The notes under the pieces are model-generated. The model saw only the letters and a program-made list of their open reading frames with translations. It was not told the origin of the DNA and searched no databases. A program made the translations under genes and the position numbers. From Lama glama (taxonomy: Eukaryota), in NCBI GenBank assembly GCA_028534125.1, contig CM052817.1, positions 26,166,001 to 26,230,000 of the forward strand: DNA of 64,000 bases, in the 5' to 3' direction. Of the stretch, positions 38,257 through 50,759 are shown piece after piece. Every line of letters begins with the position of its first letter. The stretch's first letter is position 1.

Positions 38257-38580
38257 GTAAGTACATAAAGGCATGTTTATTTTGATATATTCATTAATTT
38301 TAAATTATTGCTGCAAATCCTTGGCTGACAGAAGTGGCTCAGAAATACTCTAAATCTGATTTTGATAAAGAAACTTCCTGTTAATGAAAACTAGTTATTT
38401 TTCTTTTCCTTTTGCTGATTCCAGTCATTGGTTTTAGAAAATCTTTATGCACTGCAAGTTCAAGGCAACTTAAAGAATGAGAAAGAAGATGTGATTTCTC
38501 AATATAAGGACAGTGAGTGATGGAGTATTTTGAAAATATTTCCTTGATTTGATTTTCTTGTCCCCTTTTCTTTTCTACAG

Positions 38581-38655
38581 AATGCAGTAATAGTGGCCTT
38601 GTCTTCAAAATCATGGGATGTAGAGACTGCAACAGAATTGCTTCTGAGTAACTGA
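38581..38655 (+). CDS. UBE2K: UBE2K exon 7 coding part (75 nt): NAVIVALSSKSWDVETATELLLSN*, UBA C-terminus
   Basis: Strong acceptor ccccttttcttttctacag and TGA stop at 38653-38655. Confidence 0.98.
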   Translation, partial: NAVIVALSSKSWDVETATELLLSN

Positions 38656-38826
38656 GACAGAGAGAGCTGCTGATAGTCAAGCTTGCCCCTTCTTGAGGAG
38701 CATCAACATCTGTTATTTTTAGGATTCTGCATAGATTTCTTTTAAACTGGCATTCTTGCCTAATGATGTTATCTAGGCACCATTGGAGACTGAAAAAACA
38801 AAACAAAAAACAAACCCTGCTCTGTA

Positions 38827-38842
38827 AATAAAGCTAATTAAA
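38827..38842 (+). terminator. Proximal poly(A) signals AATAAA (38827-38832) and ATTAAA (38837-38842)
   Basis: Tandem hexamers with an adjacent upstream TGTA and a downstream GU-rich stretch (gtctgtgt). Confidence 0.65.
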
Positions 38843-40196
38843 CGTCTGTGTAAATTTAAAAAGGGGAAATACTTTAATTTTTTTTCTTAATAGTGTAAAA
38901 ACTCTTTGAGCTAAGCTAAAACCATGGAAAAAACATGCTACTTTAGTGTTTAGCAGTGTACCAAGACTAGCAAGAGTTTGCTTCAGGATTTTGTTGAATA
39001 ATTAAGATAATATTTTGAGTGTGTCAGGGCCATTCAAATTGTTGGTGTTGCATCACAGCTACCTTAACTGTTTTTAACATGGATCCTCTGTGCCTGTGAA
39101 TTTACTTGCATGCTTGTACTTGACTTCTTAGGATGGGTAGCTGAAAAGACCACCATTTTAAGCATTTGAGAATTCTTAAATATGAGATTTATCCAGAATT
39201 GAAGATGGTGACCTATTCAGAGCCTTCTTGTCCTTGTCAATAGACTGGGACACCATATCTATTTTTCCCCTCTTACCACACACAGCTATAATCTTAATAG
39301 TAAATTTCTCTATATTTGATGGGGGAAATGTGCTGAGGAACAGTATCTTTTGCTCCATTTTTAGGTCCTCCATTTGGAATGTTTTGTCACAGTTCTTCAC
39401 TCTTTAAAATTTCCTATATAAGTAAGTAAGAATGTAAAAATGGAGCTGCCATTTACGTTTCTTTTGCAAAAACAGTAAATACTTGATGTTGCAGTATTCC
39501 CAGATTTAATGAAAGTACCCAACTTAGTTTTTCAGTGAATTTAACATCTTTCTATTTTTACACTGATGAAATTTTTCTTTTAGAACTTGCAAAGATGAAA
39601 ACTATTTGCAGGTTTTTTTAGCCTAATTTTGGCTTTATAGAGACTGATTTATCGGATACTTCAAAAGTCACTCTTGCTTGCATTTCCCCCTATTAACACG
39701 TGAAAGCTGTGTTGGTGTTTTACTGTACATACTTCAGATGCACATAGGAATAGAAGTGTGTTATAAATCTAGCTTTCTTTATGATGTTTCTGATAATATG
39801 AAAATTGAAAACTTTACCTTCTCTTGTATATAGTCAGACTTTCTATACGTATTAAAGTTACATTTCATTCTAAGTTCAAAAGTTTGAAAATTATTAGTTT
39901 TGCAAGCTCAAACACTAATGTGACCATTTTATGAAGGGTGAAATGGATTTGTGTAGGCAGTTCTATACATAGAAAAACACAGTTCTTACTAAATATTCAG
40001 GACCAATGCAAAATAACAAAAATGTAATGAAATCAGAATGAATTAAAGTAAGGCTGTATATTGAAAGTCATATTATAAAGAGTTTGCTTTCTTCAAGTGT
40101 TATTTATCCTAAATTATAATCATTAAGTGTTTGGAAAATAATTTTGAACCATAAATTCAACATAATTTCATTTGACTTATCAATAATCTTAGAAGC

Positions 40197-40217
40197 AATA
40201 AAAGAACCATTATTAAA
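40197..40217 (+). terminator. Intermediate poly(A) signals AATAAA (40197-40202) and ATTAAA (40212-40217)
   Basis: Tandem hexamers followed by GU/U-rich sequence. Confidence 0.5.
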
Positions 40218-41163
40218 TATATTGTAATGTTAAGATGTGAAGGTTCTTCCAAAAACTTGTAAGCCTTTCCTAATCAGTAGTAAACTCTTGTAGTTGATAT
40301 TATTGCATACTAAACACAAGTTGCTATGTTTTTTTTCCCCTATGTGTTTGCTTAAGTATAAATTTCTTTACATAATTACCTTTAGTTGTAGTTCAGTTAC
40401 TTTCTAAAGATGCCAAAGGAAACCAGATTTTTCTTTATTTATTTTAAATAGCTAAAACCATGTACTTCTCTTTATATTTTTGAAGTAGGGTTGGAATTGT
40501 GTGAAAATGTGGACAGTTTTTTTCATTGTTGGTTAGAATTCTTTTTTTTTTAGTGGAGAGCAGCTTGGTAATAGTAATATTTGGATTATTTTAAATATCA
40601 AACACTACCCAGTTTACTATTTGCCTATATTATCAGGGTATATTTAATTGTCCTGTGGTTTGACAAAGGAGAGAGAGAACTCAGATTACTAAAGATCAAG
40701 CGTTACGTACTTTGCTATTGGAGGCAGCTGTACCTTGCCTGTGACTCTTTTATTCGCGTTAGCCCCTTAGGGTATACTTCATTTAACATCCCTAGTGCCC
40801 AGGAAATTGAAAAGTACAATATTTGGTATGAGAAATTCTCCAAAAATGGATTCTTTATTTCAGAAATTTACCTCATTTACATTTCATGTAATAATCTCTT
40901 TCCTTTCTGGCGCTTTTCCCACTGTCTTCTTCTTTTTTTTTTTTTCTTTTCCTGTTGTTTATTTGTTTGTTTTCCTATTTTTCTACCGGTAGACTTATTT
41001 CCCCAAACATAGAAATAATGGCAATTGCTTTTTTCCTCTGGTCTTCCATATGTTTGGAAAAAAAGACACTAAAAGTGCAGCTCTCGGGAAAAGGCACCCT
41101 GGTGGAAATTATTTTTATATTTCTCAATGTTTTGTGTTTTGTTTCTCAAAAATTATGGTTAAA

Positions 41164-41166
41164 ATA

Positions 41167-41203
<37 letters not shown>

Positions 41204-41224
41204 GTAACTATATGTATGGTTTTT

Positions 41225-41258
<34 letters not shown>

Positions 41259-41275
41259 CACACACACATATAGTT
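41164..41275. repeat. Compound (TG)/(TA)/(CA) microsatellite in the 3' UTR
   Basis: Read directly from the sequence. Confidence 0.9.
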
Positions 41276-43134
41276 ATAACCCATTTAGGGCAGGCAGATA
41301 TGCTAGAAGTCACTGATAAACTCCAATAGGCTTTTATTGTAATCACGTCTGTTCCCTGAGTATGTGCCTGACTTTTAAAAGAAAAAATAATCAGTTGCGT
41401 AGTATTTCAGTACAGAGTACTGAATGAATGAGCAATTTGTGACCCAAAAAAGTATACAGTAAGAGATATATAAATATTTGAGGAACTTGGTACTAAATTA
41501 GATGCTCTGTGTTGGTTCCCCCAAATGTTTAGAGTTGTGACTATGATTTACTTAAAACACGTAACACGTTCAAGATATATATCTATGTGTTTGGATTCAG
41601 AATATTTTGCTTTTGGGGAGAGTAATCTATGAAAGTAAGGCTGATTTTTTTCTTTTTGTGGAAATATTTCACATTTGTAATTGCTGGTAGTGCTTAAATC
41701 TATGCAAAATAATTTTAAAGTATAGGAAAGAATTGGCAGATAAAGTGGACATTGCTTATTTATGCACTGCATTATGCAGCATATGTTCCTGCTGCTTAAT
41801 AACTTTATCAATGTGAAAAGCAGTTCTTGACTATGAGTGTATGCCTGATTTCAGCTTTTAAAACTCTGCATAAGGGTATGATAATGTTTCCACAATCCTT
41901 GTTAGCAGCCCAGGAAATAAAAGCTTTGCTGCTTTATTTATTTATTTTTTTATTATTTTTTTATTTTATTTTTTGGTGTTTTAAAGGTGGATTTGGGTAG
42001 AGAAAAGTTGGAGCCAATTATACTTTCTTGCACATAGATGGAAACAATCAATGTTTGGGTAGGAAAAGAAAGCTGTTTACAGTTAACTTTAGTTCATGAA
42101 TTTATACAAAATGATGTTGTATTAATCACTTTTTCTAGTTCAAGAAATTTCAATTCCAGGGTACAAACCATTGGTTTTAAAAATTTGCATTGCCATTCCT
42201 TAGTACCAGTTTAAAATAAATGCTTAACATTAGCTATTTGCTATCATTGGGGAATAAGGCAACTTGTAGTATTTACTGATAAATAGCCTTTTTCCCAAGT
42301 GTGACTTTTTTGCAGTGTCTACATACGATGTCACATGTTCTGTTTGCACTGTTGCAATATGGATCAAAAATCTTGTGGCATAGCGGTGGGAGAATGTCAG
42401 TATCTCACTTGTCCCATTTGTTCTGTTACTGCTCTGTTGGACTGATCTACCCTCTTAAACCAGTGATCATCACCTAAATGTGAGTTGTGAATGTGTCAAC
42501 TTTTGCTTGGTTGTTTCAACCAAGCTTTGAATATATATGTATGTGTGTGTGTTTGTGTATACACATACATATATATAATCAGTGCTTATGTATATAATCA
42601 GGTGTGGCACAGTTTATCAGCTGGATTCTGGGGGGTGAGTGGATTCAAATCATTTGCACTGTGCTGTTAAATGATCCTTGTGTGCTTGCTGTTACCTACT
42701 TTTTGCAGGCATCATAATAAAAGCTAGACTATTTCTTTGGGGGGGAAAGAGACTTATTTAATGTAATTTAAAGACTTTTCCAATAGAAAATGAAATACTA
42801 TTGAAAATAATATCTATTTTTTAGCTTTCAGCAATTGATGGTACTTTGTTGTGGTGTCTGCTGGAAGTCTACTGCCATTATAGGGATTCTCATTAACCTC
42901 ACCGAGAAAGAATCTTGCTTGTTAGCTTCTCTAGATCTCTATTCTAAACAATCTGTTAGTGATGATAAATTCTGTAGGAGGATCTATTCTGAGCCGTTAA
43001 CTTCCTGTAAGGGGAAAATGGGTGGGTTACCAGAAAGACCATTGAAGCAGGGTGGGCTGGGGGTGGAGGGCTGGGTATTTGTCTTGAGAATTAAAAACTA
43101 CAAAACACTTTTGTACACAACTGATTTTTTAAAA

Positions 43135-43199
43135 AATAAACACATTTTTAAAGATGTTGAATTTTTTTTCCCCCCTTACTGGGAATTCTTAAAAATAAA
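43135..43199 (+). terminator. Distal poly(A) signals, two AATAAA
   Basis: AATAAA at 43135-43140 and 43194-43199, TGTA upstream and U-rich tracts downstream. Confidence 0.65.
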
Positions 43200-46100
43200 T
43201 GCATGCATGTTTTCCCCTGAAAATGGTTTATATCTTCTTTCTGGGTACTCATCAATGGATAGGCAGTTAAGCCTACACACTACTTTAAACAAGAAAAAGA
43301 GCCAGGAAGATATTTCTCCTAGGCAAGCTTTATAGCGATAAGCATGTGTTGAGAAATGAAATAAATTATATTAGTTCTTTGAATTTTAAAATGGGTTGAC
43401 ATTATTTACTTCTGTTCAAAGTTATTTATTTGAAAATATGCCATTATTTGGCTAGGTTTTAATCCAAAATTTAGAGTAATCAGAAGTAGTAGATACCGAA
43501 AGCAATACTATTTAGTTTGTTTTCACACAAGCACACAGATCTTCCTGGAAAGGATGGCTGTTAAAGTGAAAAGGACTCTGAATTCAGTTTCAGAAGGTCT
43601 TGGGTTACTATTCTTGAAGTGCTCCTGCCTCTATTTGATTCTGATAATTAGAAGAGGATATGTTGGTTAGGATTTGTATTAATTATTTCACATGGCAAAC
43701 TGATTGTTACTTTGTGTCTCTAGGGCATTTCATAATCAGCATTCAGCAGGCCTGTTGAGTTTCTGTAGCCTGGAGATGGAATTGCTTCTGACTGGAATAC
43801 CAGTACGAAGTGCTCTTTTCATGGAGCACATACCAAAAATCAAGGATAACAGATGGAATTCAAGTGAGCTTCCATGCCAGTCCCTAGCACAGAATGGTCA
43901 AATTTAAAGGGTAGTAAACACTTGGTATGTGTTTTATTTCATTCATCAAAGAAGTAAAGAATCAGCACGAATTCTCTAGTAAGCTTTTAGGAGTATGCCC
44001 TACAATAATACTGTCTACTCAAGTCTTCATGTTGTAATGTTCATTTCCCCTCATTTAATTTCAGTGAAAATATATTAAAGCAAAACTTAATAATTCTGCC
44101 TAATTGTCCTGTTGTAAATTACACTGTTTTGGTAAATTACCTTTTAATAAGATGTTGAACCATAGTCAACAAGGCCAAGCTGTTTAAATATTCAGTTTAT
44201 GATACTTGTAGAGCCTTTTTCAAGATATACAGATAAAACAAGGCAAACAGTATAAAACTGAGAAACCTGAGGAAGAAATTTGAGAAACCGAAAGTATTTT
44301 ATTTCTTACTGAGTTAATATACCTAGAACTTGGTTTCTCCCTTACAGCATAAAAGCTTTTTTACGTGTACAGAAGAATATACCTAATTTTGATTTAAGGG
44401 TAACTAATAGTGCTTTTTCTTCTCTCTACAGCTAACATTCAGCTCTTTAGTTACTGTATTTATTCCTCAGCTCTTCATTTTTAAATGTGAAATACATGTT
44501 TGCTATAGGCATTATTATTTGCATTATATTGATAGATGAATGACCTCCTGTCCTAATATTGAGGAACAAGATTAATGACATTCTACTGGTTTCTCCTAAC
44601 CGTATTCTGAGAACTACAAAATTTTAAGGAAAAGGGGGACCTTCCAGTCTTCTTTTTCAAAATAGATCAATTAAAATAAGTTGGATACCCAGAGTCGCAG
44701 GTTATTTTTGCAGAAGAGCCCCTAATACTGTTTTGTATGTGCCTACTAAACGTGGTAGCATTTTGAGACCTAAAATGCTATTCTTGTTTTCCTTAAAAAT
44801 AGGAGATTGTGGAGGGATCATTTGCAAGCATGACAAGGAAAACCAGTTCAGGTGAGAGTGAGGTCTTCATTCCAAGGAAAGTATATCCAAACCAGTCCTC
44901 ATGGTATGAATTGAATGTTTTGATGAACTAGGTTCACTTGTAGGGTTTTATGACTTGTGCTGAAGTTGCTCTACCAGCACCAAATGTACTTTTTCTGATA
45001 TTCAGAATAACAGAATAAATAGCAGTGTTCTTGGTTTATGGGACCTATGGAAAATGATCTTCTATACCACAACATCTAATTAGCCCATTTTATTTTGTTA
45101 CAGGTAATTTCTTAGTTGCATAATGTCATACTTCTGTGTATATGAGGAGAGGTAGCTCCTGGCAGATTAACCTTAAGATACCATGACAAAGAGGTAAAAT
45201 CAAAAGGCAAAATTTAGGTAAGGAAACAGATTCAGGAGAGTAGTCTGCTGAGATGATTGTTAACATAGTTGATTTTCTTCACTAAAGAAATTATTTTTCC
45301 AGCTAATAAACATTTTTAAAAATCAGTTAACAGCGAAGAGTCCACGGTAGAAAATGTATGATCCTCTTCCTATCTCTAGTACTAATCCATAGAGACAAGA
45401 GCTTTTAAATGTCTCCGATTTTGTATTTTAGGTTAACTCCAGGTCACTAAGCAAATGCTTATTCCTCCTTAAATACCTCTAGGTTTTGTATGTAACAGGA
45501 AGTTAATTACATGTCTCGTCTATCAGTTCCACCTAGTACCTCGACTCTCTATTTTTATCCTTAACCTTTATGTTCACTTAGTAATGGAATTTGGGTTGAA
45601 GGAGGGCTGTTGCATGCGCAAAAGCATTGACCAAATAGTGTGACTGGGGGCAGGAATGTACAGGTAAGGGGCATTTACTCACTGAGGCAGCAATTGCTTT
45701 GGAACTGAAATAGAAGTCAGGAAAAGTAACAAGGAGATTGGGATACCTAGATTGGGGTAGTAATTAAAAGATGAGATTGGGAGAAATTATGAAGAAAGAA
45801 ATGCAAGATGTAGTAAAAGAAGGTCAAGGTTGTGAACCTATGGAAGGAAAAGAGTGCCTGTGTGGGATGAAATGCATGTAGGGAGTGTAGTCAAAGTCTC
45901 TGGTCCTAAATGGTAATCCTTTTAATTTGTTCAGTTTGCTAATGCTTCCTTAGCCCCAGATCTCTCAATTTAATTCAGTAGATTGATACTCTCTTAACTG
46001 GGCCTTTTAGTAAGCTGCTTCTCTTCCTGTGCATACCTCCTTACATTCTGTTACTTTCTACGGGTCTTATTTAGAGGTTTTTTGTTTGTTGAGGGGGTGG

Positions 46101-46849
46101 GGGGCATCTAGCATTTTTTCCCCTCCATCTCTCTTCCTTAAGCTGGTCATGCTTTGGTTTCCTTTCCCTGCTCCAGTTCTGTCACATTTACAGAATACTG
46201 CTTGCTGAATAGTTTGCTGCGTATCTTCTCTTCATTCGTTAACTCTCACAATTTGGGCCTGGCCTTTATCATAACACCCAACTGGTCTGAAAATCCTAAC
46301 GGCCCTTCACTTACAATCTATAATAAATTATGGATACAAAAAAATGAGGCCCTGATTTGCCCAGAGATAACATGATGGCTGACATTGTCAACTGAGAACT
46401 TGGGTTTTCTATCCACTATATTTCTTTCTTTACTTTATCTTTTAAAAGCAGTCTTAGTGATAAAAATGTGCTAATTTCAGGAACCTTAGACTCAAGTTTT
46501 AACCCTACCTCCTAGGATTTACTAAATATTTTGGAGTATTCTTTCCTTGCTATACTGTTTTTATGCAATTAAACTAATACTATATAATTGTCAATATTCA
46601 TCTTCTTAAAACTGATAATCACAGTTCTTTAAAAATTCTTTATATAAATATTTTGAATGTCTGTAAATAGGCCATTGAATAGGGCTACCATACTTTATAT
46701 ATCAGTCACCCTACTAGATGTGTAGATTGTTTCCTGTTTATAACAAATTATGCTGCCTGGACTTTGCTTAAACATAATGGTACTATAAATTCTTTAATAC
46801 TAGCTGCCTCCTAAAACTCCACTGGAGTGACATTTCTAAAGGTATAAAT

Positions 46850-48600
46850 CTGTAGGAACACAGAATGGAAGAGAAGACAAAATGTCAAAATACTTTTGGA
46901 AGATGAAAAGCAGACGGAAGAGTAGAAACTGGTTTGGTATAGTAGAGGAAGTTCAAACCTCCTTGTGTACAGAAGAAGTACTTACTTAGAAGCAAACTGA
47001 TTTGCTCCTTAAGACTCAGAAAGACCTAGAAATGGAACAAAAAAGACCCTGCTGAATGTGGGGATGAAATTTGGGGTTGTAAGTGGAGTGAACTGAAAGT
47101 CTGTTCCTTTCTGCCCAGTTAGGTAGGTAGATTGTTTACTATCATCCCCTTCATATGGAAGGAGAATTGCTGTCTTGTGAATTTGAAACAAGTCTTCAGA
47201 CTGAGAGATGCCAGTCATAGATTGAAAATGAAGATAAATTAAAATTCTGTGTACTTGCATATTCCTAGTTTCTAGAATGCTGAGTTAGGTCTCAAGGAAA
47301 AAGGAGGGAGGATCATTTTCTATAGAAACTCAGTGGACCCAGACAAAAGACCTTCAAAGAGATTCAGACGTTTGACGATTCCAATGAAAAGCTGAGCCCC
47401 CACACAGTTTCAGAGTATGAACAAACTCAGAATCACCAGATTTTTGAAGATTGACTACCTAATACTAATGCCTGAGACCAAGATAGGATCAATACAGTAC
47501 CCATTATATTTAACTGTATCCATGAAGAGCTGCAGAATACTTTAAAAATAGATTTTGTAAATTAAATATAGTTCAAATTAAAAATTAGTTAAAATATTTG
47601 AAGTTTAAGGAGTATAAGAAAGATTTTAAAATACAAAAAGGTGGATTTTTTTTTTAAAGAGGACCATTCCAGAAGATCCAATATCTTAACTAATAGGGAT
47701 TTCTTAAAGGAAATGGAATAAAGCAAAGTATCAAGAAGGTAATCAAGGACACTCTCTTCTCCACTTTGAAAGCACTGAGCACAGTTAATGCAATGAATGG
47801 AAAAAGACCCAAAATAAAGCATTTTGTTCCAGAAAACTAGGAAAAGTGAGAAAGTCCAAAAAATGGGATTAGAGTGTGGAGAATGGGCCCCTGAAATGAA
47901 TTGGGAATAAGAATGGCATCCAGTTACCCAGTTTCTTGTCAGTGATGTGGGAAGCAAAGACTTCTAAGTTCTGAGTGAAATTTTTTTCTAAGAACTCCAT
48001 TCCCAGCAGAGGTGTCAGTGTAGAATAAAAATACTTTAATATATTCAAGGTCTCAAAAATCTTTTGTCTTCTGTTGTCTTTTTCTTGGGAATGATACACT
48101 CCACCAGAATGGAGGAGTAAGCCATACAAAAGAAAGGCATGAGATGCCACATAGGAACTGGCTATTCCTGGGATGAGTAAAGAGAAATTCAGAATACCAG
48201 CTGGCACCAGCCTTGAGCAACCATTTCAGTACATTGAGGACCAGGAGGATGAAATAGTCCAGTGGAAGATCAATAAAAGAAAAGAAAGGAACTGATAGGT
48301 TATTTGATATATCTTATGTATGAAATTATATTGGGATTAATTAAAGTGCAAGGAATAAATTGACAATAATAGATACACAGGAAACTAACCAAATAGAAAA
48401 ACAAAGATGTTAACACATTCAAAATATGCTCATTAGGTGATCAGTGGTTATATAATATAGTCACAAATATAAACATAAAAATAGTTATAAACTATTTTGC
48501 CAGAATTGCCAAATACTGAGAAATGAAGAATGGAAGTAAGAGTGGACCCATGTAAGTGAACTAGGTGCTTGTCTACCTTTAGAAAGTATGTTTTAAGTCA
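46850..48600 (+). mobile_element. Highly decayed ancient L1/HAL1-like 5' and ORF1 region
   Basis: A-rich, with L1 ORF1-like motifs (agaagatccaatatc, aagacccaaa, gaatggcatc). Family uncertain. Confidence 0.4.
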
Positions 48601-50759
48601 ACGAATACTAATGTAGCAGTGTAAACCTATTACTTTGAAATATTTGTCTTTGAAGAATGAGATGGGTTATGTGTGTCAAGGTCTGTCCTATATGTGTTTT
48701 TAACATTTATTGAGCTATAAGTCACATACCACATTACCCACCTATTTAAAATGTGCAATTCAGGAGCTTTTAGTATATTCAGAGTTGTGCATCCATCAGC
48801 ACAATCAATTTTAGACCATCTTTATTACCCCAAAACAAACTCTGCAACCTTTAACAGTCATGTGTTTGTTTTTTAAATTAATCTTTTAGTAGTAATTGAC
48901 TTTAAATCTATACATATTATTTTGATAAAATAAGAAATAATGTTGCATTGAACCACTTTGTATGCACTTCAGATTCTTTCCTTAAGGGCAATCTTCAGAA
49001 GTTTTCTTTATTATTAAATATTTTCCCATGATACTGTACTAATAAATATTACCACTAACATATTTAATAGAGTACCCTCACTCTTGTTGAATATTAGTAT
49101 TGTCTAAAAATATGAATGTGGAGGTAAAAGTAATATGGGTTTGTTTTTAAGTTAAAATATTCTGTGACTGAGCATCTCTTTAAAGATTAAATTACATTGA
49201 TATTCCCCTATGTTCAGGTCCCTGATTCACTTGCATTTTGTAGTCTTAATTGTTTCATAGAAAATTAGAATACTTCTTTAACTTGATTAAGAGTAATCTT
49301 AGTGTTGTCTTTAAAACAGAATGGGAATTAATATTGAGTTTTTACTGTGTATCAAATGGCATTTTAGAAATTACGTGTTACCTCATTGAATTCTTCAAAA
49401 CAAATGGAATTCTTTTTTATTCCACTCATTTTACATTTGAAGAAACAGGATGAACTACTGACTAGGAGGACTCAATAGTAATGCAACCAAATCAGGTTTC
49501 AAATTCACACCTTTCTGATATCTAAACCTATGTTCTTATTTTACATCCTGTTAAGAGCCATCTTAACAGTTATTTTCAAAACCATATTAAACATCTGATT
49601 TCACTTTTTTAGCAATTCAGTGCTGACTTCTGATTAAAGCTAAAATGGTTTGGCACATTTATCCTTCATTTGTCCTAAGATACACTTAAATGAATACAAG
49701 ATAATGAAACATGTAAGCTGACAACAGTGAAGAAAAGCAGATGAGATGAGAGCAGTGGATGAGAGCAGAATCCTGCAAAGTAGAAGTCAAACAGGTGTAA
49801 ACTAAAGCTATACATGGAAAAAGCTACAGCCCAGCTAGAATACAGAGAGCTTTGAACTGTGGAGGGGTTATGGGCCTTGAAGGGACTAGGCACTGTGTGA
49901 AGGTGTAAGTTAGATAAGAGCCTAAAAATGGAAGTTAACGGAAAACAAGATACGTAATTCTCAATCCCCACTCTGCATGGTCATCTTAAAGAAGCAGCCT
50001 GATAGTAAACTCCAGTCACGGTACTCTCCATCAGTCTTTCATTGCCTGGCCCTTAACCATATGCAGAAAATTAAGATAAAATTTTTGAGAAATGCCTTCA
50101 ACATGAAAGAAACCAAGATGAAAAGAAAAAGAAAAAACTGGAGGAAACGATGTAGGAAACACAAGAGTAGTTAAAACAAAAATCTAATTACTCTTAATTG
50201 ACATTGAAGAATTCATTGTACCCCTACAGTAACAGCAGGATGCTATGAAAAAAAGTATCTTTGAAAAAATAAAGACCTTTTAAAAAGTTAAAATGGCCAC
50301 TGAAGTTTAAAAAAAAAAAATTCTTTCGGATCTATTTCTGTCCTGAGAGGACTTAAGGGAGAACCAAAGCATTCCTTGTAGTGCTCTTAAGACTGCCATG
50401 ATCTGTTGCACACTTTACCACCTCACACGGCCCAAGGAACCTGTGCCAAGAAGGAAGCTGTAATCATAACTGACTGTCCAACTTCGAAAGCTTTTTCAAG
50501 ACTAATCCCATTGTGGTTTTCATTTGGTCTGTCTTACTCATCCTGTTCAAGATTCAGAGGTTATTTGACAACTCGTAGACTTTAAACCTTATGAAACTAT
50601 TCCCTAATCTGACTCAAGTCTTACTAACTGACCTCTCAGCCTCCCTTTAACATGCCCTAGTTCGTAGAATTGTCATAAACAAAATTGAAGCTTGACTACT
50701 CCCTGAGGCCACTGCTTCCCCCAGAGTCTGTTCAGTTGGTAGTTATACTTTTTTAGGTT

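Larger units (their letters stand above)
38656..43220 (+). other. UBE2K: UBE2K long 3' UTR (distal end approximate)
   Basis: Follows the stop codon, U-rich, no recognisable interspersed repeats, and ends at paired AATAAA (43135-43140, 43194-43199). Confidence 0.7.

Noticed and set aside
38653..38659. Stop-codon readthrough
   Set aside because: The context is TGA-GACA, not the TGA-CTAG readthrough motif.
38381..38806. 141-aa antisense ORF over exon 7
   Set aside because: Shadow of the sense exon and its flanks, with no domain or independent gene signals.
40581..43335. ORFs of 124-166 aa inside the 3' UTR
   Set aside because: Low-complexity translations of poly-T and microsatellite tracts or non-ATG starts, with no recognisable homology.
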